NCBI GenBank assembly: GCA_016938275.1 | Contig: JAFGUZ010000208.1 | Coordinates: forward strand, 1-32,391 | Source of the DNA: Candidatus Delongbacteria bacterium | Lineage (GTDB): Bacteria; UBA4055 | Length of the DNA: 32,391 bases | Direction: 5' to 3' | In this document: positions 8,983 through 18,643 of the stretch, piece after piece | Numbering within the stretch: position 1 is the first letter of the stretch | Layout: the number at the start of each line of letters is the position of its first letter | Translations under genes and position numbers: made by a program | The notes under the pieces: generated by a model | What the model saw: only the letters and a program-made list of their open reading frames with translations | Told to the model about the DNA's origin: nothing | Database searches by the model: none

Positions 8983-10098
8983 TCAACAAATAAAAAAGTC
9001 TGATACGATTTCATCGTAAAAATTAAAACCATCTTTACTCAATCTCAGAAATTTTTCATCTTCAAATATAATCTTATTTGATTTTAAATATTTGCCAATA
9101 ATTTCCGGTTTTGATTTTATAATTTCATTTAGAAAATCTTTGTCCGTTACGCCATTTATCGTTCTCAAAGAAAGCATCATCCTCTCATTAAAAAGATCGA
9201 CACTTCCACTTATCTCTTCTTCATAAAAATCATAAAAATCAGAGGTATTCACGTAGGATTTGAAATCTTTGGGTGACCACCATTTTTTATTCAATCTCTT
9301 AGAATGAGCAGACACACCTAAGCCTAAATAATCTCCATTATCCCAAACATTACTATTGTGTTTTGATTTATAGCCATCTTTGGCATAATTTGAAATCTCA
9401 TACCTTTTTATACCTATTTCTTCAAGAAAATGTATTAAAAAATTGTAAAGTTCTAAATCCAAGTCTTCATCGCAAGGTTTTATTTTTCCAGAATTTAAAA
9501 GTTTTGTTAGTTTTGTACCTTCATAATAGGTCAACATATAGGCAGAAACATGATTAGGAGATATCCTTTTTACCATCTCCAAATTGTATTTCATACTTTC
9601 AATATTTTGTCCCGGTATACCACTGATAAGATCAAGATTGAAATTGTCAAATCCAACACTTCTAATTTTATCAAAAATTTTTATTGCCTCATTACCATTA
9701 TGGATTCTTCCCAAAGTCTTAAGCTCACTATCTCTAAAACTTTGTACTCCAACAGAAACTCTATTAAAACCTGAAGATTTATAATAAACTAATTTGTCTT
9801 TATCTATCTCTCCAGGATTTAATTCTATCGTTATCTCAGAAGTAGAAATATCGTGAGAATAGAAAATTGTTTTGATGATTCTATCCATCTCTTCAATACT
9901 CAAAATTGAAGGAGTGCCTCCACCAAAATAAATGGTGTCCAGCTTTTCATCTAGTAGATTCTTCATTTGTAAATACTCACGGAGAAGAGCATCAATATAC
10001 TTAATATGATCATTACCACATGTTGAATAAAAATCACAGTATGGACATCTCTTTTTACAAAAAGGTATGTGAATGTAGAGATCTCTAATCTTTTTCAT
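8983..10098 (-). CDS. hemW: Radical-SAM HemW-like heme chaperone / oxygen-independent coproporphyrinogen-III oxidase-like protein
   Basis: 371 aa. N-terminal LYIHIPFCKKRCPYCDFYS (CxxxCxxC radical-SAM motif), GGGTPS, and HemN_C-like C-terminus. Size fits HemW rather than HemN. Confidence 0.75.
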   Translation of the reverse strand: MKKIRDLYIHIPFCKKRCPYCDFYSTCGNDHIKYIDALLREYLQMKNLLDEKLDTIYFGGGTPSILSIEEMDRIIKTIFYSHDISTSEITIELNPGEIDKDKLVYYKSSGFNRVSVGVQSFRDSELKTLGRIHNGNEAIKIFDKIRSVGFDNFNLDLISGIPGQNIESMKYNLEMVKRISPNHVSAYMLTYYEGTKLTKLLNSGKIKPCDEDLDLELYNFLIHFLEEIGIKRYEISNYAKDGYKSKHNSNVWDNGDYLGLGVSAHSKRLNKKWWSPKDFKSYVNTSDFYDFYEEEISGSVDLFNERMMLSLRTINGVTDKDFLNEIIKSKPEIIGKYLKSNKIIFEDEKFLRLSKDGFNFYDEIVSDFFIC

Positions 10099-10480
10099 TT
10101 AAAATTTCAATTACAACAAATGCAGTTGCATAGAGTTTAGAATGAGAGATGGATAAGTGAATTTTATGTTTTTTAGATAGCATAGAACTGTTTTTATTTA
10201 TTTTGATCAAAGGCTTTCCATATTCATCATTTATAATCTCGATATCTTTAAACCCAAACTCCTTCCCTATTCCCGTACCAATAGCCTTTACAAAAGCCTC
10301 CTTTGCAGCAAACCGACCTGCAAAAGATTCATAGTTTTTTTTGCGTGAACAATACTCCTGTTCCACCTTGGTAAACACATAATCTAAAAAATGTTTGCCA
10401 TTTTTCTCAATAGACTTTTCAATTCGTAATGTTTCAACTATATCTGTACCAATTCCAATTATCATAAAATTTTTTATCAC
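10085..10480 (-). CDS. acpS: Holo-[acyl-carrier-protein] synthase (4'-phosphopantetheinyl transferase)
   Basis: 131 aa. IIGIGTDIVE...FAGRFAAKEAFVKAIGTG is typical of AcpS. Overlaps hemW by 14 nt. The true start may be the internal MIIGIG ATG at 10465. Confidence 0.8.
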   Translation of the reverse strand: MIKNFMIIGIGTDIVETLRIEKSIEKNGKHFLDYVFTKVEQEYCSRKKNYESFAGRFAAKEAFVKAIGTGIGKEFGFKDIEIINDEYGKPLIKINKNSSMLSKKHKIHLSISHSKLYATAFVVIEILNEKD

Positions 10481-10513
10481 CCAATCAGAACTATTATTAC
10501 AAAGTTATATATA

Positions 10514-11692
10514 TTAGTCTTTAAATGTCCTTCTATCTGACTCCCTTTTCAATCTCATATCAGTTTCATACAAAAACTCTCTTATCTGAGAAAATAGTTC
10601 AATTTTATTTCTTAAAACTTCTGGATTAAAATCACCTTGATAATCCAAAGAATCCAAAAGTGCTTTTAAATTTTCACCAAATGAACCTTTATAACTATGC
10701 TTTAAATATTGCTGTATTTTCAAACCATCAGCATATCTCTCCAAAGCAACTGCAAATCTATCAAGAGTTTTATTATTTTTCTTTAAGCTATTCATTACTG
10801 TGTTAAATTTAGGATTGATTGCGAGAAATTGTGTAAAATCATTTTGATAAGTTCCGCCTGCAAAATTTTTAACATTTTTATATAATTCTCCAATACTAGT
10901 AAATTGATCTGGGTGATAAATTGTATAACGAGTCAATAAACCTTTCTCACTCAAAGAAACCGCAGGTCCTGTACCAAAAGGAACTCTATCAGAGATACGT
11001 CCAGACGGATATACTTGACATTTGCAATAATTTCCAACTTCAAAATTTTTAGAAAGGCTTTGAAGAAGATAGAAATCCTCACCTGCTTGACGCTCAGAAA
11101 AACCACCAGCTTTAACATAATTTTCCGGTCTGACTGCAATAGCAGAACCCAATGGAGTGAAATTATATCTGGAATTGATCATAGAAAGGGAAACACTATA
11201 TGCCCTTAAATAGATCTCATATAAAAGGATTTTACGATCTTGAACAATATCACCTGTTAGTTGATGATAATATGGAACAGCTAAAGCTGCCATTTTCTCT
11301 CTCTTTGAAAATATATTCTCAAGATGAACAAAATAATCTTTCGCAATAACCGTGTCAGCATCCAAACTAACAAGAACGTCATTATCATCACTCATCTGTA
11401 TAGCAGTCTCAAAAAGAAGTTTTCTTGCATCTCCCACCCCGTTTTTATCACCCCAATCACTTAGACTACTCGATTGATCTATCAGAATAACTTCTGGATA
11501 CTTACTTATCAGTTTTTCCATAGTTCTTTGATTATTGATACATACGGATTTTTTTGAAGAATCATTCCACCATGATGATGGCTGATTTACACAAACCAAA
11601 GTAACAACTTTTTCATCTTTAGGAAGCGAATCCAATGTGTTAAAAAGAAAATCAAATTCGTTACAAGCAGGAATACAAACATAAAATTTCAT
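10514..11692 (-). CDS. GT-A fold (family-2-like) glycosyltransferase
   Basis: 392 aa. N-terminal VCIPACNE..., DxD-like SLDADT. No TM segment. Family-level call only. Confidence 0.5.
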   Translation of the reverse strand: MKFYVCIPACNEFDFLFNTLDSLPKDEKVVTLVCVNQPSSWWNDSSKKSVCINNQRTMEKLISKYPEVILIDQSSSLSDWGDKNGVGDARKLLFETAIQMSDDNDVLVSLDADTVIAKDYFVHLENIFSKREKMAALAVPYYHQLTGDIVQDRKILLYEIYLRAYSVSLSMINSRYNFTPLGSAIAVRPENYVKAGGFSERQAGEDFYLLQSLSKNFEVGNYCKCQVYPSGRISDRVPFGTGPAVSLSEKGLLTRYTIYHPDQFTSIGELYKNVKNFAGGTYQNDFTQFLAINPKFNTVMNSLKKNNKTLDRFAVALERYADGLKIQQYLKHSYKGSFGENLKALLDSLDYQGDFNPEVLRNKIELFSQIREFLYETDMRLKRESDRRTFKD

Positions 11693-11704
11693 TACAAACC
11701 CTTC

Positions 11705-11733
11705 ATTAAAAACAAGGGAGGAAGCCCTCCCTT
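11705..11733 (-). terminator. GC-rich intercistronic hairpin with T-run (minus strand); terminator/attenuator between the lipoprotein gene and the glycosyltransferase gene
   Basis: AAGGGAGG-aagc-CCTCCCTT, a perfect 8-bp stem at 11714-11721/11726-11733. Read on the minus strand it is followed by GTTTTTAATG. It ends only about 12 nt before the glycosyltransferase ATG. Confidence 0.5.
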
Positions 11734-11741
11734 AGGTACTT

Positions 11742-13430
11742 TTATTCACTAGTTAACATTTTAAAAACATCTTTCATACCAACAAAAAATGGTTTTTTAA
11801 AGTCTGTTTCAACTTTATAGATAGTATTAAAGTTATTTCCTTCAATCGTGCTTGAAGCGATAATATACTTTAATTTCTTTAGCTCAGTCATATTCTCTTC
11901 AGAGAAGTAGCTCTTACCATTTGCATCTGTTGGAACAAATGCTGAGAAATTTTTCAAAGCATCCAATAATTCATTGAAGTTCAGGTAAACGAGTTGATTA
12001 TCTCCACTTAATACAGGTTCCAATGAGCTGTCTACTTTATCCAAATACCCTTTTCCACCACTTCTAATAGCATTTTTATAGAACATTTTATTTGGAGCTA
12101 TAACTATTCTATCATTTGTCACACCGATATAAATTTGAGAAAAACCTACAGTATAAACATAGGTTTCAATTCCATCAACATTCTCTTTTGTTATCAAAGC
12201 TTTTGTAGAAGGATCAAGAGTCTCGATCAACTTATCTATCGTTTCCATTGCCAAAGATTTATTTTTAATACCAAAAGTAGATGCTAAATTGTAATTCATC
12301 ATGTTTATTGAACTACCTTCAAACATACCAAAATTGAAACTTCCTGAAAGATTGTCAACTAAATCCGCTTTTAAATTTATTCCAAATTCATTTTCAAACT
12401 GTTTAATACTTTCTTCAACAGAATTTTTTGCGTCACCAGCCAGAGTTGACATTAGATTTTGGTAATAAAACTCAGGATTAACAACAAATTGTACAAGTAG
12501 TAAAGGATTAAGCTCAATACCTCTTAAAGCTGAGGAGTCAAATTTTACATTTTTCATCATTTTGGCAGTATTAGAACCTTCAACAAGTTCAATCGAACTT
12601 ATACCATGAATATCTTCACTGGTAAAATTCAAATTAAAGGCTAATGATTTGTATTCTTTTAAAGATTTTATAGTCATGGAAAGATCTTGAAAACTGTTAA
12701 ATCCGCTATCAACATTAGAGAAATCGAAATTCTTATTATTTATGTTCTTAAAAGTCAGATAAGTAAAAAACTGCTCTCCAGATGCTACAGTTTTTGTAAT
12801 GGACGCAAACTCTTCATCATTCATGATAGAGCTATTTCCATTTTTAATTTCTAATGCCAGAGATTTTCCGTCAACATTTCTCGAAGTTCCAAAAGCTAAA
12901 GCAAGATAATTATCTTTCTCGCAGATGAAAATTTTTGGTGAATCTGCATCGTTAATATTAACTACTGTACAGCCTTCATTTTCCTCGATCTGCATATCAC
13001 TTCTTTCACTTCTGATAGCATCAATGATCATGTTTTTTAATTTTTCATTATCAGTGGATGGTACCAGAATTGCCATTTTAAAAAGTATTTCATTATCAAT
13101 TTTATCAAAGTCTTTTGCCATAAAGACAAAATCTCTTTTAACATCCACACCATTATTTTTAAGATCGTCCAAACTGTTAATAGACAAACCTAGCTGATTA
13201 TTAAGTTCATCTATTCCATTATTCTGTTCTCCTGGCTTAATGTCAAGGGATTTGAACAGGTCTTCGAGATTAGAGATTTTAAGTACAATATCTGTATTAG
13301 CAGGAACAATTTTAAATACTTCTGAAACCTTTGAATCTTTAGCTGAAACAACTGATGATTCACTTTTTTCCTTTTTGCTACAAGATGCAAAAAACAAAAT
13401 CATCACCAAAACAATTATTAAACTCTTCAT
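11742..13430 (-). CDS. Large lipoprotein of unknown function
   Basis: Signal peptide plus lipobox (FFASC). About 560 aa, Ser/Asn/Lys-rich, no recognisable catalytic motif. Start chosen at MKSL (AAGGTG SD 9 nt upstream); the track ORF starts 9 nt earlier. Confidence 0.55.
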   Translation of the reverse strand: MKSLIIVLVMILFFASCSKKEKSESSVVSAKDSKVSEVFKIVPANTDIVLKISNLEDLFKSLDIKPGEQNNGIDELNNQLGLSINSLDDLKNNGVDVKRDFVFMAKDFDKIDNEILFKMAILVPSTDNEKLKNMIIDAIRSERSDMQIEENEGCTVVNINDADSPKIFICEKDNYLALAFGTSRNVDGKSLALEIKNGNSSIMNDEEFASITKTVASGEQFFTYLTFKNINNKNFDFSNVDSGFNSFQDLSMTIKSLKEYKSLAFNLNFTSEDIHGISSIELVEGSNTAKMMKNVKFDSSALRGIELNPLLLVQFVVNPEFYYQNLMSTLAGDAKNSVEESIKQFENEFGINLKADLVDNLSGSFNFGMFEGSSINMMNYNLASTFGIKNKSLAMETIDKLIETLDPSTKALITKENVDGIETYVYTVGFSQIYIGVTNDRIVIAPNKMFYKNAIRSGGKGYLDKVDSSLEPVLSGDNQLVYLNFNELLDALKNFSAFVPTDANGKSYFSEENMTELKKLKYIIASSTIEGNNFNTIYKVETDFKKPFFVGMKDVFKMLTSE

Positions 13431-13493
13431 ACAAACCACCTTTTTTTATTTATTAAGACAACTTTAATTTCATTTTAGTTGTCTCCATCAAAT

Positions 13494-14804
13494 CTAGAAT
13501 AATTTTCTTACATCATCATATAATTTTTTATGACTATCTTTTAACGGTTTATCCCAAACTCTAATTATCCTATCCGAAATATTATCAATACAATTATAGA
13601 ATTTCGTGTGTGAATTATTCATTACTACTGGGTTCTTACTTTTAACTATTCTTCTTACCTCATTATCAAATACTATACCACCTATAAAATCACATTGCAA
13701 TGAAAGATTTTTCTTTAAAGTCATATCTAATTCAGATAACAATCTCAACTCTTCAGGAGAATCTATCATATTGAAAATAATCCTAGGTCTATACTTCCCC
13801 AGATGATTGATTAGTTTATCGTGCAGATTTCTGTCAATTGTATATATTTTATTTAGAAGAGTACTTACATATATAGCATTTCTCTCTATGGGTTGTCTAA
13901 AAGCTTCTTTTATCATCTCAGTGATAATCAAATTATTTTTTGCCGAAGAAGCAATAACCTTAAACATCAAGTTTTTAAGAAATGTAAGAAAATTCATTAT
14001 GGAAGCACTTTCCGTTCCTGAAACAATAACACCTTTTGGAGACATATTAAAATAACTCAAAGTGTTAAAACTCGAACCCGCACCGATGTCTAAGATTATA
14101 TAGTTATAATCTAATTTCTTTATATCTTTTGTAAGTTTATTTTTTTGCTGAAAAGGAATATTTGCCATAAACGGTGATTTACCGTCTCCCGCTACGAAAT
14201 CGAGATTTTTAAATCTGGTTTTTTGGATAATATCTTCAAATCTTGACTTCCCAGCCTTCAAATAATCCCCAATACCTGGATTTTTATTTGGAATACCCAG
14301 ATAGTTATGCATATTTGATCCGCCAAGATCTAAATCTATAGCTATGGTACTAAATCCTTTTGAAGCTAAACTTATTGCAAGACTAGCTGCCACTAATGAT
14401 TTTCCAACACCACCTTTACCACTGGCAACAGGAATAATTCTCATAGCTTCCTGATTTGAAGCATTATAGTCTGGTTTGAAGTCGTTGAAGTCACTTCCAA
14501 TTAGATTTTTAAGAGTCATTGTAATCTCTATTACATCTCTTCCAGTTAAGACAAAATAATCTGACACAGCACCTTGAGGGATATTCAATTTATACAAGTC
14601 AACTACAAATTGTACGATCGCAGCACTCCATTTATTAATGTCGGCATCATTAAGCACTTTTTTGAAACAAAGTAAATCACATACTCTTTTTATCAAGTTA
14701 ATGTCAATGTTTAGACCAAGATTTTTAAAAAACTCCTCAACAAGCTCTTTCATCTCCTGATTATATATACGATTCCCCTCGAATATTTTTTCATTGTCTC
14801 CCAT
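13494..14804 (-). CDS. MinD/ParA-family P-loop ATPase with N-terminal (~125 aa) and C-terminal (~90 aa) extensions
   Basis: Deviant Walker A VASGKGGVGKS, then AIDLDLGGSNMHNYLG (MinD/FlhG-like switch region), and NYIILDIGAGSS (Walker B-like). Confidence 0.6.
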   Translation of the reverse strand: MGDNEKIFEGNRIYNQEMKELVEEFFKNLGLNIDINLIKRVCDLLCFKKVLNDADINKWSAAIVQFVVDLYKLNIPQGAVSDYFVLTGRDVIEITMTLKNLIGSDFNDFKPDYNASNQEAMRIIPVASGKGGVGKSLVAASLAISLASKGFSTIAIDLDLGGSNMHNYLGIPNKNPGIGDYLKAGKSRFEDIIQKTRFKNLDFVAGDGKSPFMANIPFQQKNKLTKDIKKLDYNYIILDIGAGSSFNTLSYFNMSPKGVIVSGTESASIMNFLTFLKNLMFKVIASSAKNNLIITEMIKEAFRQPIERNAIYVSTLLNKIYTIDRNLHDKLINHLGKYRPRIIFNMIDSPEELRLLSELDMTLKKNLSLQCDFIGGIVFDNEVRRIVKSKNPVVMNNSHTKFYNCIDNISDRIIRVWDKPLKDSHKKLYDDVRKLF

Positions 14805-14864
14805 ACCCCCTCCGAAGTATTAATATCTGAAATGTTTAGATACTGATAAATATAATAATAAATA

Positions 14865-16220
14865 TCATCTTCCAAACATTTTTTCAAACTTTGGAATCAT
14901 AATTCTCTCACAAAACAGAATTATCTCGTCATCAGGCTTAATAATATGATTACCTGAAGGAACAAAATATTCATCACCTCTCAAAATAGCTCCGATTACA
15001 GCTTTTTCCGGAAATTTCAATTCACTTATAGCCTTATTGGTACATTTTGAATTATCACCTATTTTAAAAGTAACTGCCCCAATATTGATGCCCTTAAATG
15101 TCGAAGTTGATAAAATCTTACCATGCTTAACAAACCTCATAATTGCATTTGTTGTGGCAATTGAGCTATTTACACATCTTCCTAAACCGATGGTTCTAGT
15201 AATTGGTAAATAATCGGTTTTTTCAATTCTTGTAACAGTTCTCTTCACTTCAAGATGTGACGCTAAAAGACTAGAAACCATATTCGCTTCATCATTTCCA
15301 GTAAGTGCTAAATAGAAATCCATGTCATCAATACCTTCAGTGGCAAGAACGTCAATATCGGTAGCCTCTCCAAAAACTACCAAAGTATTTTTGAATAGTT
15401 CAGATAGAGCCAGTGCTTTTTCTTTATCATTTACAATCACTTTAACATTGAATTTTCCTAGTTTTTCCAGTTCAAGACCTATAGCCTTGGTTACATTGCC
15501 AGAACCATTAATCATTATGTCTTTTCCGGCCTTAATATTGTAGCCCATTCCATGAAAAAAAGTTTCTATATTTTCCTTCTCAGATATAAAATAGATCTTA
15601 TCATTCTCTTTTATTTCAAAATCACCATTTGGAATAATTGCTTCCATTTTTCTCTCTATAAGAACAATCCTGTAATTGTCCATATCCATAACATTTCTAG
15701 CAATTTTATTAACTTTTACACCATCAAAACTAGAGTTTCTTTTAACCAAAGTGGAAATTATAAAGAGATTTCCTCTGGATAGATCATATATGTCCAATGC
15801 TTCAGGATAACTGACAAGATTAACCAGCTCTTTTGTTAACTCTTTCTCAGGATGAATTATTAGGTCAATACCCTTCATTGCTGTGTTTGTAAAGTCTCCG
15901 AACATCTCGTAATCTTCATTTCTAATCCTGGCAACTGTCATAGTGTTATCACCCATCTCTTTGGCAAGACCACAAGCAATAATATTCATCTCGTCAACTG
16001 CAGTGACAGCAATAAAAAGATCAGTATTACTAAAAAACTTTTTATTAAACATCTCCTTCTTAATACCATCATAGACTAAAGTAGAAACATCATAGACACC
16101 TTCAATTTTGGCACATTTTTCAGGATCTTTGTCTACAACAATAACATTGTTGTTTTCATAAACAAATATTCTCGTTAAGTATTCCCCGGTTCTACCCGCA
16201 CCAAAAATTACAATATTCAT
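14865..16220 (-). CDS. trkA: Trk potassium uptake system NAD-binding component TrkA
   Basis: 451 aa. Two RCK_N Rossmann motifs (MNIVIFGAGRTG... and a second IMINGSGNVTKAIG...) each followed by an RCK_C-like domain. Size matches TrkA. Confidence 0.8.
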   Translation of the reverse strand: MNIVIFGAGRTGEYLTRIFVYENNNVIVVDKDPEKCAKIEGVYDVSTLVYDGIKKEMFNKKFFSNTDLFIAVTAVDEMNIIACGLAKEMGDNTMTVARIRNEDYEMFGDFTNTAMKGIDLIIHPEKELTKELVNLVSYPEALDIYDLSRGNLFIISTLVKRNSSFDGVKVNKIARNVMDMDNYRIVLIERKMEAIIPNGDFEIKENDKIYFISEKENIETFFHGMGYNIKAGKDIMINGSGNVTKAIGLELEKLGKFNVKVIVNDKEKALALSELFKNTLVVFGEATDIDVLATEGIDDMDFYLALTGNDEANMVSSLLASHLEVKRTVTRIEKTDYLPITRTIGLGRCVNSSIATTNAIMRFVKHGKILSTSTFKGINIGAVTFKIGDNSKCTNKAISELKFPEKAVIGAILRGDEYFVPSGNHIIKPDDEIILFCERIMIPKFEKMFGR

Positions 16221-16235
16221 TTTTTAATCCAATCC

Positions 16236-17465
16236 TTAATCGTTTCTAATCACATCAGCCGGTTTCAATCTACTAGCATTGAAGGCTGGATACAAGGTTG
16301 CCAGAAAAGATATAATCAAAGATGAGATAATAATTAGTACTACATCTACGACTAAAACCTGTATCGGTAAAGAGTTTATTATATATATATCTGGAAGAGA
16401 TATAATTTCATATTTTTTTTGAACAGCACACACTGTCAATCCAAGAATTGTCCCCAAAATTGTTCCCCCAATACCTAGCACAACTCCTTGATACATAAAA
16501 ATACTCATAATACGTTTGCTTGAATACCCCAAAGCTGATAAAACGCCAATTTCTTGTCTTTTTTCCATTACAAGCATTATTAAGCTTGATAAAATATTGA
16601 ATGCGGCAATTATTACTATTAAACTAAGTACAAATGACATCATAAGCTTTTCTAAAGCCATCCAAACATAGAATTCAACATTTTCGTCAATCCATGACCT
16701 AGTAAGAAAAGGAAATGATATTTTATCACTGATCTCTTCAGATACTTTTTTCGCATTTTCAGGATTGCCTACCTTAACCCCGATTTTATTGACCATTCCT
16801 GGCATTTTGAAAAGACTCATTGCCGATTCAGTAGAGATATAACAAAGACTCCCATCTATTACCGTTAACCCAGTTTCAAATACACCTGTAACTCTGAATG
16901 CTTTAACAGGAGGAGCTGAAAAAGTATTTTTTATGGCAGAAGAAATTATATATATTTTTTCACCAACGATTGCAGCTAAATTATCAGCCAAACCTTTACC
17001 TAAAATTATTCCAGGGAGATCATCTTCTACTGTTTCAAAAGAAAACTTTCCCGCAACTATCTGACTATCGAGTTTTGATATTTGTGTAAAAGTTTTCAGA
17101 TCAATTCCTCTCACCATTGCTCCCACAGAGTAGTCACCTTTCAAAAGACCAAACATTTCAATATATGGCGAATATGCCACTACATTTTTATCTGTTTTTA
17201 AAACACTTAGCAAACTATCCTCTACAACAAAAGGTCTCTCTTGATACGAATAAATTTTTATATGGGAATCACTGCTAATGAATCTTTCCTTAACTTCTAC
17301 GCCAAATCCGTTCATTACAGACGTTACGATTATAAGTACAGCTACACCAACTGCTATTCCAAAAATAGAAAGATATGTTATTATAGAGATTAACTTTGTC
17401 TTTCTTCTGGATCTTAAATATCTCAAAGCTATCATTAATTCTGTATTTTTCATTACGAATCCCAT
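16236..17465 (-). CDS. LolC/LolE-family lipoprotein-release ABC transporter permease (FtsX/MacB-type)
   Basis: 409 aa. N-terminal ALRYLRSRRKTKLISIITYLSIFGIAVGVAVLIIVTSVMNGFG. Four TM segments with a large periplasmic loop. C-terminal FtsX-like domain. 15-nt gap to trkA. Confidence 0.75.
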   Translation of the reverse strand: MGFVMKNTELMIALRYLRSRRKTKLISIITYLSIFGIAVGVAVLIIVTSVMNGFGVEVKERFISSDSHIKIYSYQERPFVVEDSLLSVLKTDKNVVAYSPYIEMFGLLKGDYSVGAMVRGIDLKTFTQISKLDSQIVAGKFSFETVEDDLPGIILGKGLADNLAAIVGEKIYIISSAIKNTFSAPPVKAFRVTGVFETGLTVIDGSLCYISTESAMSLFKMPGMVNKIGVKVGNPENAKKVSEEISDKISFPFLTRSWIDENVEFYVWMALEKLMMSFVLSLIVIIAAFNILSSLIMLVMEKRQEIGVLSALGYSSKRIMSIFMYQGVVLGIGGTILGTILGLTVCAVQKKYEIISLPDIYIINSLPIQVLVVDVVLIIISSLIISFLATLYPAFNASRLKPADVIRND

Positions 17466-17599
17466 TTAATTGAACTGAATATAAAAATCATTATTGAATT
17501 AATCAAATTATCGTTAACCTTTATTTATTGTTCATATCCTTTGATTTTTAATAAATTGTAATTATATTTTCAATATCTTAATGAGTAATGAGGATTAAA

Positions 17600-18643
17600 A
17601 TGATTAAACTTATTCTTTCAATAATGTTTTTGTTTATATTTCTAAACGCAAAAGCTCCAGAGGAGTACACAAAAGCATATAATTTTTATAAAAGTAAAAA
17701 TTACGATGAAAGTATTTCAACTTTTAATGAATTTATAAAAAGCAATCCAGATGACTTCTATGTTGGAAACTGCTATTTCTGGCTAGGAATTATAGAAAGT
17801 GAGAGAGGAAATCCAGATAAGGCAATTGAAAACTTTCAATTGGTTTTAAAGAGCGAAAACAAATGGAAGTATGCGGATGCTCATTCTCAGCTCATATCGA
17901 TATTCTCCAAAACCAACAACAATGACGAGATGCTAAAGTCCTTAAAAGCAATCAAAGAGCTCAGAGCTCAAGACGCCAATATGGTTTCTGACATTGTTTA
18001 CAACAATGCAATAAAAAAACTTGAAGCGATCGAAATAGATTCGGAAAACCAAAAACCGAAAACAGATAAAGAAGGAATTACTCAAACACAAAAAGATAAT
18101 TCTTTGAATGAAAAAGATAAGGATCTTGAAAATCTTCTGGCAAAATCTGACAGCATCGAAGATTCATTAAGTGTACTAAATAAAGAGTTAAGATACGAAA
18201 AACAGGTTCTCGATAATTATGAAACTCTTAAAAAAGCAAAGGAATCTGAGTTAGGTGGAAAAGACACTATCAAAACACAAACAGAGTCTAATATTGTAAA
18301 TGCTAGTGACAAAACTAATGAGAATGAAAATAACGATTACATACCCGAAGATGATAACAATATGATCGCAGATGAGTTCGATAATCTGGATAAGGAAATT
18401 TATAAAACTTATAATAATGCGAAAACTAAAATTCCTGATTTGAAAGGTAAATTAGTTGTTAAATTGGAGCTTGGTACTACTGGAAATGTAAAGCTAGTAA
18501 AAGTTATCGAAAGCAAATGGAATCATAAATCTGGTTATTCCTTAGAAAAGATTCTGAAAAAAAAGATGTTTGATTGGAAGGTTAGCCCTGAAAACCCTGC
18601 AGTAAAAAAAGGAGAGATTGATCGTGAATACCTTTTTAAATAG
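17600..18643 (+). CDS. Secreted TPR-like protein with a low-complexity acidic linker and a small C-terminal TonB_C-like domain
   Basis: Signal peptide (MIKLILSIMFLFIFLNA). TPR-like N-terminal region (AYNFYKSKNYDESISTFNEF..., YFWLGIIE). C-terminal KGKLVVKLELGTTGNVKLVKVIES...FDWKVSP resembles TonB/AgmX C-terminal folds. Start set at 17600 (GAGGA SD, 6-nt spacer); the track starts at 17588. Confidence 0.5.
   Translation: MIKLILSIMFLFIFLNAKAPEEYTKAYNFYKSKNYDESISTFNEFIKSNPDDFYVGNCYFWLGIIESERGNPDKAIENFQLVLKSENKWKYADAHSQLISIFSKTNNNDEMLKSLKAIKELRAQDANMVSDIVYNNAIKKLEAIEIDSENQKPKTDKEGITQTQKDNSLNEKDKDLENLLAKSDSIEDSLSVLNKELRYEKQVLDNYETLKKAKESELGGKDTIKTQTESNIVNASDKTNENENNDYIPEDDNNMIADEFDNLDKEIYKTYNNAKTKIPDLKGKLVVKLELGTTGNVKLVKVIESKWNHKSGYSLEKILKKKMFDWKVSPENPAVKKGEIDREYLFK

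Noticed and set aside
9032-9032. Track start of rarA at 9032 (MVLIFT...)
   Set aside because: No SD, and it overlaps hemW by 50 nt. The internal ATG at 8975 (MDLFSG...) has a GAGGAG SD and matches the conserved RarA N-terminus, so the shorter start is preferred.
13440-13493. 8-bp inverted repeat AGACAACT...AGTTGTCT between the MinD-like gene and the lipoprotein gene
   Set aside because: No T-run follows it on either strand and the loop is 15 nt. Weak evidence for a terminator; it could be a minor mRNA structure.
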